From Turneriella sp. (GTDB taxonomy: Bacteria; Spirochaetota; Leptospiria; Turneriellales; Turneriellaceae), in assembly GCA_046346875.1 (NCBI GenBank), contig JAXMHG010000006.1:54478-118477 (forward strand): DNA of 64,000 nucleotides. Direction: 5' to 3'. Under the pieces are notes generated by a model that saw only the letters and a list, made by a program, of their open reading frames with translations, made no database searches and was not told the origin of the DNA. The stretch's first letter is position 1. Each line of letters opens with the position of its first letter. This document shows positions 37,908 through 47,246 of the stretch, piece by piece. A program made the position numbers and the translations under genes.

Positions 37908-37941
37908 AAAACCTGGTTGAATGGAGTTCTGTCAGGCCCGC

Positions 37942-39042
37942 TCAGGCGATTGTTTCGTGAAGCATTTCGGGGAAATAGATTTCTACCTTCTGAGATTTGC
38001 CCCTAACACTGCTTTCCCTCAGTTTTTTGCATTCTAACTGCGAGCCAAGCAGGTGGCGTGTTTCGCTGTCGATCAGCATGTCAACACCTGCACGTTTCGT
38101 GAGTGTCTCCAGTCGCGCGCATAGATTGACCGGATCACCCAGGATCGTATACTCGACCCGGTGTACATTGCCTATATTCCCGGCAAAAACTTCACCGGTA
38201 GCGATGCCAATGCCGTAGTGAATAGTCTCACCGAATTCACTGGCGATAAAATCGTTGTACAATCTGAAATGTTCGCGTATTTTCATTGCACAGGTGATTG
38301 CGTTGCGGGTTGCGTGCGGTGAATAGCTCCTCAGTCCAAAAGTCACGAGAAAGCCGTCACCGGTGTACTTGTTTATTGTGCCACCATTAGAGAAAATCAG
38401 ATCGGACAGATCTGAGAAAAGTTCACTGAGAAAGACAAAAAAACGCTGGGGTCCAAGGCGCTCTGCCAGGGTCGTTGAACCACGAAGATCAAACATCATA
38501 AAAGTTCCGCGCACGATGTGACCTCCCGGTTCGGTGGAAATCGTGCCATCCAGAATCGCGGCAATAAGGTCACGCGAAAAATATTTGCTTAACTTGCGGA
38601 GGTCATCCTGCGCCTTATACTGAAGATTGTTTACCGTTTTCCGGTAATTCTGCATTGCCAGCAGTGCTTTGACCCTGAGGCGGAATTCGGCATGAACAAA
38701 AGGTTTGCGTAGCAAATCATTCGCTCCGAGTTCAAGTGCCTGTACCGCCGACTGGTGGTCGTCGTCGCCCGTGACGATTAATATATCCGGGTGCCGCTCG
38801 TGCTGCCTGTTACAGATTTTGGCCAGAATTTCCAGTCCGGACATATCCGGTAGATTGAGATCGAGCACTATAAGATCGGGCTGCCATGACTCGAGTTGTT
38901 TTAGTCCCTGCATGCCGTCATGTGCGACACGGACTACACAGCCGAGGCTCTCAAGCAGCGCCTGCTCAATCTTCGCTGTGGTCGGTTCATCTTCAATCAA
39001 CAATACACTCGATGTAATGGAGGCGGGTGCTTGAATTTCCAT
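37942..39042 (-). CDS. Response regulator REC - class III adenylate cyclase
   Basis: LLIEDE, VLDLNLPDMSG; FDLRGST, NKYTGDG, YTILGDPVNLCARLE. Confidence 0.9.
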   Translation of the reverse strand: MEIQAPASITSSVLLIEDEPTTAKIEQALLESLGCVVRVAHDGMQGLKQLESWQPDLIVLDLNLPDMSGLEILAKICNRQHERHPDILIVTGDDDHQSAVQALELGANDLLRKPFVHAEFRLRVKALLAMQNYRKTVNNLQYKAQDDLRKLSKYFSRDLIAAILDGTISTEPGGHIVRGTFMMFDLRGSTTLAERLGPQRFFVFLSELFSDLSDLIFSNGGTINKYTGDGFLVTFGLRSYSPHATRNAITCAMKIREHFRLYNDFIASEFGETIHYGIGIATGEVFAGNIGNVHRVEYTILGDPVNLCARLETLTKRAGVDMLIDSETRHLLGSQLECKKLRESSVRGKSQKVEIYFPEMLHETIA

Positions 39043-39106
39043 TGGGCATTTCCTCAGGAGTCTGCCAACCGGGTTACCGCGGCGGAGCGCTGTCGTGGCC
39101 GTGCCA

Positions 39107-39712
39107 TTATATCCACCGGTTATTTTTGGCTACCGCAACCGCCTCGGCTGTTGTGCTCGCTTTGAGAATTTCCTTGATATTGCGCTTGTGATAGTCTACG
39201 GTGACATCACGAATTCCCAATGCCTCTGCGATTTCTTTGGTTTTCTGCCCCTGTGCGATGAGTCTGAGCACATTGAGCTGTGCTGCGGTCAGAGGTAAGG
39301 CCAGGCTGCCGGGTGAAGGTTTAAATTCTGGAAAAATATTCACTCCATTGACGATCGCGAGCACGCTGTCGCGTACCCTGGAGAATTGCTCTTGCTTTGA
39401 GATAAATCCGTTAAAGCCCAGTCGTTTGCACCGCAAAACGGTATAATCGTCTGAGTCGGCGGTATAGGCAATAAAAATAACATATGGGTATTTTTGCCTA
39501 AGGTGCCCAAAGTCGCGCTCGAGATTCATTTTAGGCATATTGAGATCAAAAAGGACGGCATCGGGCTGGTGCTGTTCGATCGCGGCACTGGTTTGCCGGT
39601 AATCCGTGCAAGCAAAAACCAGGGCAGTTTCTTCAGCTTCAAACAGAGCGGAGAGGCCTTCGACAATTACCGGGTGATCGTCGACAATCAATAACGAAAG
39701 TGAATTTGGCAT
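39107..39712 (-). CDS. NarL/FixJ (LuxR-HTH) response regulator
   Basis: LIVDDHPVIVEG, LFDLNMP, LTAAQLNVLRLIAQG...TVDYHKRNI; start moved to ATG 39712. Confidence 0.9.
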   Translation of the reverse strand: MPNSLSLLIVDDHPVIVEGLSALFEAEETALVFACTDYRQTSAAIEQHQPDAVLFDLNMPKMNLERDFGHLRQKYPYVIFIAYTADSDDYTVLRCKRLGFNGFISKQEQFSRVRDSVLAIVNGVNIFPEFKPSPGSLALPLTAAQLNVLRLIAQGQKTKEIAEALGIRDVTVDYHKRNIKEILKASTTAEAVAVAKNNRWI

Positions 39713-39810
39713 AAAATTTGCAAGCGAGGTGCGGGGCAGCCATTGCTGACAGTAGGACATTCAAGCTATAGCCGAAATGTACACTAGAATTCGTATTCCT
39801 ACCGATTAAA

Positions 39811-39849
39811 ACTCGGGAAATCTGTAGTGTGACTATGGTTTTCTTTAGT
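39811..39849. promoter_or_regulatory. Tandem palindromic operator pair 1 (7-4-7, spacer 3)
   Basis: ACTCGGG-AAAT-CTGTAGT gtg ACTATGG-TTTT-CTTTAGT. Confidence 0.65.
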
Positions 39850-39976
39850 TTTTGTCATCCATGCTATTTTCATTGATGAGAGCTTATTGTAGTATACATT
39901 AGCGTCGAACCGACCGTTAGCTTAATAGGCTCGTTCCTCCCGCCGGATATACCTCTGGCTAAAATTCGTCTCGCGG

Positions 39977-40015
39977 CCTGCAGAATACTGTAGTTGAACT
40001 CAGGTTTTCCTTAGT
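39977..40015. promoter_or_regulatory. Tandem palindromic operator pair 2 (7-4-7, spacer 3)
   Basis: CCTGCAG-AATA-CTGTAGT tga ACTCAGG-TTTT-CCTTAGT. Confidence 0.65.
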
Positions 40016-40116
40016 CTGAACTATTATTTGTCTTTTCGCTCTTTAACCTCAGCAGGATTGTTTTGTTCATCAAGTACGCTTTCGCACGTAGTGCCAAGCG
40101 CGAACTGATTTGGAGA

Positions 40117-42105
40117 ATGGAGAACGTGTTTAAGTTCATTGAAAGCATTGGGGCCTTGCCAGACGATTCGCCGGGATTAAGGTTGCAGAAGCGGTTTCTT
40201 GTCTACCTGGGATCTGCAATGAGCCTCGGGGGAATTCTCTGGGGATCTTTGTGTCTTTATTTCGGTCTCACCCTGCCGGCGGTGATTCCGTACGGTTATG
40301 TCGTGCTGACTGTCCTCAACTTGTCTGCTTTTGCCGTTTTCAAAAATTTCGCACTCGCACGATTCTTTCAGGTGCTCATCAGTTTGGCGCTCCCTTTCAT
40401 GTTTCAATTCGCCCTGGGTAGTTTTGCGTCTACCGGGGCCATCATGCTCTGGGCCCTGATTTCGCTCGTGGGTGCATTTACATTTGAGTCGCTCAAAAAC
40501 ACCATCTATTGGCTGGGGCTTTATATCGCCCTGACGATTGCCATGGGGATCTATGATTCGCAGTCTCTGGCACAGATGTCGGTTGCCAAAGAGGTAAGCA
40601 CACTCTTCTTTGTTCTGAACATTACTGTAATATCTACCATCGTCGCCGGGTTGTCTTACTACCTGCTCAAGAGCAGAGGGCGGCTTCTCGAAGAACTCGC
40701 CGAAGCCAAGCGAGAGACCGACGCCGTTATGGCGTCTGTCGATGAAGGGCTGTTTCTGCTTACACTTGCCGGTGATGACTATATTGTGGGCGCGGAGCAA
40801 TCTGCCGCAACAAGCAGGTTGTTTGGCGGCAACAAGCTGCCAGCCACAGAATTCTCCCGCGCATTGGAGACCTTCCTGAGCCCGCACAAAACCCAGGAAC
40901 TGCAAAATTTCCTTAAGCTGCTCAGATCAGGAAAGCTAAAGCCTTCCATGATCATGACGCTAAACCCTTTAGACCAGGTGCCAATTAGTATGGGCGCGCT
41001 GACCGATGTAAAGTTTCTCCGTTTTGGCTTCTCGCAGGTGCAGTCAGGCAGGAACGATCAGTATTTGGTTAGAATTTCTGATATCACCGAAGAAAAGAAA
41101 CTGCGGGAACAGCTCGAAGAGACAGAGCGAAAAAACGCCAACCACACGCAGATGATTCTCTCTGTGCTTCACGTTGGGCCTTCGATGCTGAGGGACTTTC
41201 TCTCTGGTACGGAGTCAGAACTCAAAATCATTATGGACATTCTGCAGAGCGACCATACGCCGGAGCAGGTTGCCGCCCGCCTGGAAGAGCTCTATCGCTC
41301 AGCACACTCGATTAAGGGCAATGCGTCGTTACTGGACCTGGGTATTATTGTCAGTTCTACTCATGATCTTGAAGAAAAAATCCAGGCATTGCGCGAGAAA
41401 CCAGAACTCCGCTGGGATGACTTTTTGCCTGTTGCTACCGAAGTCGCGAATTTGCAGGAGACGCTTGCAGGTTTGCATGGTTTGTTGGGGCGCATTGAGA
41501 GTTTTCGCGAAGAAGATAATGCAGTCATGCGGTCCGCTGTGTCCGGTATACCGCGGGTAGTTTCCGACATGGTAGGGCGCCTGGCGCAGCAGGTCGGTAA
41601 GCGCGTGCAGATTGAAGCCTCTGGCTTTGATCAGGTTGAAATCCCCTATCGGCATGCGTATTTCCTGCGCGACGTTGTTGTACAACTAGCTCGAAATGCC
41701 GTGGCGCACGGAATCGAGCATCCCGAAAAGCGCAAGCAGTCAGGCAAAGCAGAACACGGCAATATTGCTATCGGGTTGGCGAAAAAAGGTGAAATGATCG
41801 AGCTGCGCGTGTACGACGACGGAGCTTCGTTTGATCTGGAGGCAATTCGTCGCAGCGCCGCAAGGCGTCGAAACGCCCCTGAGAATGTGGCATCTGACTG
41901 GACGGCCAAAGAACTGGTGAAGTTTATTTTTGAGCCGGGATTCTCTACTGCGGAAGATGTCACGACTACCGCAGGCCGGGGGATGGGCATGGATATTATA
42001 CGCCAACGGGTGCGCCAGATGGGTGGTGATCTGCGGATAAATTACGCACCGGGGTCGTTTACCGAGTTCACAATTACCATGCCCGTTGAAGTGGCGCCGG
42101 CATAA
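40117..42105 (+). CDS. Membrane-integrated CheA-like (class III) histidine kinase: multi-TM sensor - PAS-like - Hpt - HATPase, no CheW domain
   Basis: About 6 TM helices; LYRSAHSIKGNA (Hpt); QLARNAVAHGIE, DDG, FEPGFSTAEDV...GRGMGMD; protein ends after the HATPase. Confidence 0.88.
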   Translation: MENVFKFIESIGALPDDSPGLRLQKRFLVYLGSAMSLGGILWGSLCLYFGLTLPAVIPYGYVVLTVLNLSAFAVFKNFALARFFQVLISLALPFMFQFALGSFASTGAIMLWALISLVGAFTFESLKNTIYWLGLYIALTIAMGIYDSQSLAQMSVAKEVSTLFFVLNITVISTIVAGLSYYLLKSRGRLLEELAEAKRETDAVMASVDEGLFLLTLAGDDYIVGAEQSAATSRLFGGNKLPATEFSRALETFLSPHKTQELQNFLKLLRSGKLKPSMIMTLNPLDQVPISMGALTDVKFLRFGFSQVQSGRNDQYLVRISDITEEKKLREQLEETERKNANHTQMILSVLHVGPSMLRDFLSGTESELKIIMDILQSDHTPEQVAARLEELYRSAHSIKGNASLLDLGIIVSSTHDLEEKIQALREKPELRWDDFLPVATEVANLQETLAGLHGLLGRIESFREEDNAVMRSAVSGIPRVVSDMVGRLAQQVGKRVQIEASGFDQVEIPYRHAYFLRDVVVQLARNAVAHGIEHPEKRKQSGKAEHGNIAIGLAKKGEMIELRVYDDGASFDLEAIRRSAARRRNAPENVASDWTAKELVKFIFEPGFSTAEDVTTTAGRGMGMDIIRQRVRQMGGDLRINYAPGSFTEFTITMPVEVAPA

Positions 42106-42132
42106 GAATTCTATATTTTTAAAGGAGAAGAA

Positions 42133-42495
42133 ATGAAGATATTGATTGCAGACGATTCGATGATGGTGCGCAGGATACTGGAAAAATTCGCCCAGAAACT
42201 AAATCTGGAGATAGTCGGTACCGCCGGCAACGGTAAAGAGGCAGTCCGTCTATTTGGTGAGTTAAAGCCTGATCTTGTCTCGTTGGATATAACAATGCCC
42301 GAAATGGATGGCCTTTCCGCCATGAAGCAGATACTTGCTATAAAACCTGATGCCAAAGTGGTCATTATCTCCGCTGTAAACAGCAAAGATATGATTGTTC
42401 AGGCTTTGAACGGCGGCGCGAAAGCGTACGTGGTTAAACCATTCGATGAAGCTAAAATTGTAGAGACCTTCAACGAAGTTATCAATTCAAATTGA
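42133..42495 (+). CDS. cheY: Single-domain response regulator (CheY-like)
   Basis: ILIADDS, VSLDITMPEMDG, YVVKPF. Confidence 0.9.
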   Translation: MKILIADDSMMVRRILEKFAQKLNLEIVGTAGNGKEAVRLFGELKPDLVSLDITMPEMDGLSAMKQILAIKPDAKVVIISAVNSKDMIVQALNGGAKAYVVKPFDEAKIVETFNEVINSN

Positions 42496-42504
42496 GGTGG
42501 AAAA

Positions 42505-42951
42505 ATGAAAGAAGCAGAACTAAAAATATTCGTTGAAGGTGTCTCAAATTTTTTTGGCAGATTGGGTGGAACGAGCATCCAGGTGGGTGTTCCGTATATT
42601 AAGGAAGGAAATCAGTTCATAAGTGATATGACTGGAATTATCGGCCTTACAGGTAAACGTAAAGGAGGCATTTTCATAACCTGCACGACAAGCATGGTAG
42701 ACGATGTCATAGCACAGTACACGGGAATGGCCGATACGTCGCCAGAGGCGCGTAAAGATATGATTGGTGAAATCGCTAACACAATTTCGGGAAATGCGTC
42801 CGATGCTTTTGGCGTCGATTTTCAAATTAGCGTGCCTGTAGTCATTACCGGCAAGCCCGAAGGTGTCGATATGCCAACCCGCGTCCCAACCTACGTAATT
42901 CCGCTGCATTGGGGTGAACACAAAGCATACCTTGTTGTTGGCGTTGAGTAG
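42505..42951 (+). CDS. cheX: CheY-P phosphatase CheX
   Basis: GIIGLTG, DMIGEIANTISGNA (ExxN), ISVPVVITG. Confidence 0.9.
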   Translation: MKEAELKIFVEGVSNFFGRLGGTSIQVGVPYIKEGNQFISDMTGIIGLTGKRKGGIFITCTTSMVDDVIAQYTGMADTSPEARKDMIGEIANTISGNASDAFGVDFQISVPVVITGKPEGVDMPTRVPTYVIPLHWGEHKAYLVVGVE

Positions 42952-43062
42952 AGCTTTCCCTGACTCTCTTTAAGCCGACCTGTATGCCGATTCTTTTTCA
43001 AACGACAGCAGTAAAGCCAGCTTGCTTTTCAGTTTTCTACGTATGATGCCAGGCCGGTTGAG

Positions 43063-44856
43063 ATGGACCTGAGGACACTCTACTTCGCACTGAGCGTGAT
43101 AGCATTATCAGGCCTGTTTTTGTCCTTTACGGCGATCACACGAGCAGAGAAAAAAGGGATATACTGGAACATGGGGGCTTTCAGTCTCTGTGTTGGCACT
43201 CTGCTCCTGGGGCTTAGGGGTGTGGTACCTAATGTCCTGTCGATTCAGCTCGGCAATGTGCTGATGCTCACGGTAGCGCCACTGATTGAAACCAGTATCC
43301 GTCAGTACCTGCTGCGAAGGACTATTTCCCTGTCGATGCTAATCGTTTCTGCCGCAGCCATTCTCATTTTTGCAGCGACTGCGCATGCGGCTCCTCTGGC
43401 TCTCAGGGTTCGCATTGTGAGTATTGCTTTTGCGATGCAGTGCTTGATTATCGCCTGGCACCTCCTGCAGCTGCCGAAGGCCCTGCGTTCCAGATCTACA
43501 TACCTATTCTTAATTGCATTTGGTGTACTCGGCATTCTCTCTGCCCTGCGCGCAATCCTGGCTGATGCTTACGTCGACGAGCGCGACATGTTTGCCCTGA
43601 AAGGGTTCACAATGTACTATTTAGCTGCTTCGATAGGATTCGTCATGATTATACTGAACGGTTACGGGTTGCTCGTTGGCGACCAGAACATCCGTGAGTT
43701 GGAGAAACTCAAATCTTCAGCCGAGTCTGCCAATAAGGCAAAGTCCCAGTTTCTCGCAAATATTAGTCACGAAATTCGGACACCGCTGAATGCTATTGTA
43801 GGCCTTTCGGATGTACTGCTGTCAGCGCCTGGTGAGAGTGGCATGTCGCATCACGTAAGAACAATACGGGCGAGCGCAATGCATCAGTTGGATCTGGTCA
43901 ACGAAATTCTCGATTTCGCCAAGCTTGAAGCAGGTAAATTCGAGATAGATCCTCACCCGGTCAGGTTGGGTGAATTCCTCACGGAAATTTCCGGTATGGT
44001 CCGCCCCATGGCCGCAGCAAAAGGAATAGGCTTTCTCGAAGAGTATGAGTCTGATTTGCCCGCGCTCGTCATAATGGATTCAAACCGGTTAAGACAGGTA
44101 ATTCTGAACCTGCTGAATAATGCTGTTAAGTTTACAAATACTGGCCTGGTTGCGCTGCGGGTCGATATACCGCGGAGATTTCACGCGTCTGTGCTTCTGA
44201 CTTTCAGCGTTATCGATACCGGCATAGGCATCGATCCGGTATCGACGGAAAAGCTCTTCGACGCATTTGAACAGATTGACGGGTCAATTTCGCGACGATT
44301 TGGAGGAACGGGGCTGGGGTTGGCTATTAGCCGTCGGATTATCAGGCTGATGGGCAGTGAGATTGAAGTGGAATCAGAGAAGAATTTTGGTGCTCGCTTC
44401 TTTTTTACGATTAAAGCAGCGTTGGCCGATTTGTCTGAAACGAATAGCCACCGGTTTGAGACTTCGTTCGACCCTGGTCGCCGCATATTACAAAAGGCAA
44501 AAATACTTGTTGCGGAGGATAATGAAGTCAACCGGGAAGTAATCCGTGCAATGCTGGATCGCATAGGGCTCACAGCTTCATTTGTAGAAAATGGCCAGCA
44601 GGCTGTAGAAGCCGCTGTCACAAACAGGTATGACCTGGTGCTCATGGATCTGCAGATGCCAGAGGTGGATGGCCTGACTGCAACTCGCCTCATGCGTGAG
44701 CGCGGTATCCGCTGCATTATCGTTGCGATGACCGCCAACACGGCTGAAAGTGATCGTGCTGATTGTATTGCGGCAGGCATGGACGATTTTCTCGGTAAGC
44801 CCGTGACCCTCAATGCTCTGTTCGAGACCTTGCTGAAACATTTGCGGCCCGCTTGA
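43063..44856 (+). CDS. Membrane (about 7 TM) hybrid histidine kinase with REC
   Basis: [38 protein letters not shown]. Confidence 0.9.
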   Translation: MDLRTLYFALSVIALSGLFLSFTAITRAEKKGIYWNMGAFSLCVGTLLLGLRGVVPNVLSIQLGNVLMLTVAPLIETSIRQYLLRRTISLSMLIVSAAAILIFAATAHAAPLALRVRIVSIAFAMQCLIIAWHLLQLPKALRSRSTYLFLIAFGVLGILSALRAILADAYVDERDMFALKGFTMYYLAASIGFVMIILNGYGLLVGDQNIRELEKLKSSAESANKAKSQFLANISHEIRTPLNAIVGLSDVLLSAPGESGMSHHVRTIRASAMHQLDLVNEILDFAKLEAGKFEIDPHPVRLGEFLTEISGMVRPMAAAKGIGFLEEYESDLPALVIMDSNRLRQVILNLLNNAVKFTNTGLVALRVDIPRRFHASVLLTFSVIDTGIGIDPVSTEKLFDAFEQIDGSISRRFGGTGLGLAISRRIIRLMGSEIEVESEKNFGARFFFTIKAALADLSETNSHRFETSFDPGRRILQKAKILVAEDNEVNREVIRAMLDRIGLTASFVENGQQAVEAAVTNRYDLVLMDLQMPEVDGLTATRLMRERGIRCIIVAMTANTAESDRADCIAAGMDDFLGKPVTLNALFETLLKHLRPA

Positions 44857-44929
44857 TGGCTTAAGCCTGTTCAATGCCTGGGACAATTCGCTTGCCAACC
44901 GCAGGCACGGTGCGAGGGTTGCCTCAGGC

Positions 44930-46264
44930 ATGACCGACGAAATCTGGAAGTTTATCTCAAGCGCCAACGAAGCTGATTTGCAGGCGGAGCTTATCCGTTA
45001 CGTCTCGCTTTTCCAGATCAATGAAGTGCTCTCCTCGACACTTGAATATGACGAAGTCTTGCGGCTGGTATTGCAGGAAATGCGCACGCTTTCGGGCGCC
45101 GAAATTGCCTCTATCTTCCTTATCAATAAGAAAGACCAGGTGCTGGAATTCGCCGCTACAACCGACGAAAAAGCAGATTTGCTCAAGAACATCCGTGTGC
45201 CGCTCGGTAAGGGAATTTCCGGGTATGTTGCGCAAACCGGCGAGTACGTAAACCAGAGCGATATACAGAGTGATACGCGCTATTATAGAGAAGTAGATGT
45301 AACACGGGGCGGGGAGACCAAGTCGTATCTTTGCGTGCCGCTGAAACTGCGCGGCGAGATTAAAGGCACGGTGCAGCTCATGAACAAAGCGGGCGGGCAC
45401 CCGTTCAGCGACGCAGATGTCAGGCTGATGCTGAATTTCTCCAGCCAGGCGGCAATGGCGATTGAGACTTCGCTCCTGCACCGCGAAGCCCTTACCAAAA
45501 AGGCGTTTGAGCGTGATGTGCATCTTGCAGCAGACATACAGCGACAGTCTCTGCCGAATACGATGCCGCAGGTGCCGGGCTATTCTCTGTTTGGGCATAC
45601 CGAACCTGCGCAGGATGTCGGTGGTGACTACTTCCAGTTTATTAATCACGTCGACCGCACGGGTAACAATAAACTCGATATCATCGTTGCCGATGTAGCC
45701 GGAAAGGGAATTCCCGCATCGCTCATCGTTTCGAATTTTCATGCAGCGCTGCAGCTGCTTTCACCACTCTACGACACGCTGGGCGAACTTGCCTTCCAGC
45801 TGAATAACTTTATGCGGCAGAACCTGATTACTGGTACCTTTGTGACGGCATTCATAGCACGACTCGACGCCGCCACAGGTAGAATGCATTACGTCAGCTG
45901 CGGGCATAATCCCCCCTTTATCTTTCGCAAGGCTGACGGGCAGTATACGGCTGAGTTGCTGCAACAGAGCGGCACTGCCTTCGGGTTACGCTACGATATG
46001 GAATACCGGGTACACAGGTTGGATTTTAAGCCCGGCGAAACCCTTTTGATCTATTCCGATGGTATTACCGAAGCCATGGATCGGGAAAATGTGCAGTACG
46101 AAACCGATCGCATGAACGCAAGCGTGATTGCGACTCTGTCAAAGCAGGGTAGCGCAAATGTTGCCGAGCAGATAGTGGAGAACCTGCGCAAAGATGTTGA
46201 TCGTTTTCGCCAGGGTGCAGAAGTTAATGACGATCTTACAGTTGTTTGTCTGCAGAGGGAATGA
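44930..46264 (+). CDS. GAF - PP2C/SpoIIE phosphatase
   Basis: GAF (SYLCVPLKLRGEIKG), VGGDYF, DVAGKGIPASL, YSDGITE, NDDLT. Confidence 0.88.
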   Translation: MTDEIWKFISSANEADLQAELIRYVSLFQINEVLSSTLEYDEVLRLVLQEMRTLSGAEIASIFLINKKDQVLEFAATTDEKADLLKNIRVPLGKGISGYVAQTGEYVNQSDIQSDTRYYREVDVTRGGETKSYLCVPLKLRGEIKGTVQLMNKAGGHPFSDADVRLMLNFSSQAAMAIETSLLHREALTKKAFERDVHLAADIQRQSLPNTMPQVPGYSLFGHTEPAQDVGGDYFQFINHVDRTGNNKLDIIVADVAGKGIPASLIVSNFHAALQLLSPLYDTLGELAFQLNNFMRQNLITGTFVTAFIARLDAATGRMHYVSCGHNPPFIFRKADGQYTAELLQQSGTAFGLRYDMEYRVHRLDFKPGETLLIYSDGITEAMDRENVQYETDRMNASVIATLSKQGSANVAEQIVENLRKDVDRFRQGAEVNDDLTVVCLQRE

Positions 46265-47181
46265 GTCGAAAGCTTCAGCTCCTGTTTCTCTGCGCATTGA
46301 TTCTCTTGTTTGTTGGGCCGGTGTCCTCAATTGCCGGCAACGAATTGCCCGTCAGTAGTCCGTTTTTCAGACCTTACGAGGGTGATTTTTCCATCGAAAT
46401 GGGTGTCGGTTATAAGGCCCAGTCGAGCAGGTTGACGATTCCGGTGCTCGATTCGGCACGCGAAACGATGTCAAAAGAGGCCTCCACCGGCATTGCATTG
46501 AATTATGGTGTCACAGAATATTTTTCGATCGGTGTATCCGGAAAATTCATGGCCGATCAGGATTACAGTCTCATCCAATCGGGCCCTGCGTTTGCCGGAA
46601 ACCCGGGATCAAATTCGCGCAACCGGGGTTTTTACGATGCAGGTTTCCAGCTCGGCCTGAGAATGCTGGGCACGCGTACCGACGAATGGTTCGTCAACCT
46701 CGACATGGGTTTTCTGCCGGGACTTACCGATGCAAACAATTTCCTTTTTTCGTGGCCGCACAACCAGTATCTCGCCGGTATTACGCTGGGAAGAAATATT
46801 GAAGCATGGTCTTTCGGTATACTATCCGCAATGCAGTACTATGCCCCATCAGCCCTCGACAAGTCCGACGAGAAAAATAACCAGTTACTGAGCAACAGCC
46901 AGCTGTTTGTGCAGGTTGATTTCGCATCTCTGTATTTGCGCACGTCAGCAGGGGTTGTTAAGTTTCTCGATAGCCGGTCTAATGAAAATGCTCTCAAGAA
47001 AAAAATATTTCCGACCGGCCAGGTTGAGATGGGTTTCCCGTTTACCGATACCTGCGCATTGAGTGCGCGGCTGAGTTATGTTGCCGGAGCGCAGGGTGAG
47101 TTGACTGTTGCGGGCTTTAATGCATTTTTAGTCGCGCAACCCATCTGGATGGGCAGCGTGTCAGTGGTTGTGGCGTTCTAG
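46261..47181 (+). CDS. Outer membrane beta-barrel protein
   Basis: ATGA overlap with the upstream gene, signal peptide, amphipathic strands, terminal Phe. Confidence 0.75.
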   Translation: MSRKLQLLFLCALILLFVGPVSSIAGNELPVSSPFFRPYEGDFSIEMGVGYKAQSSRLTIPVLDSARETMSKEASTGIALNYGVTEYFSIGVSGKFMADQDYSLIQSGPAFAGNPGSNSRNRGFYDAGFQLGLRMLGTRTDEWFVNLDMGFLPGLTDANNFLFSWPHNQYLAGITLGRNIEAWSFGILSAMQYYAPSALDKSDEKNNQLLSNSQLFVQVDFASLYLRTSAGVVKFLDSRSNENALKKKIFPTGQVEMGFPFTDTCALSARLSYVAGAQGELTVAGFNAFLVAQPIWMGSVSVVVAF

Positions 47182-47246
47182 CCTGGCCATCTCTGCACGT
47201 AGCCAGAAAAAAGTTGCCTGTGTACGCATATGTGTGAGCAGGGGTA

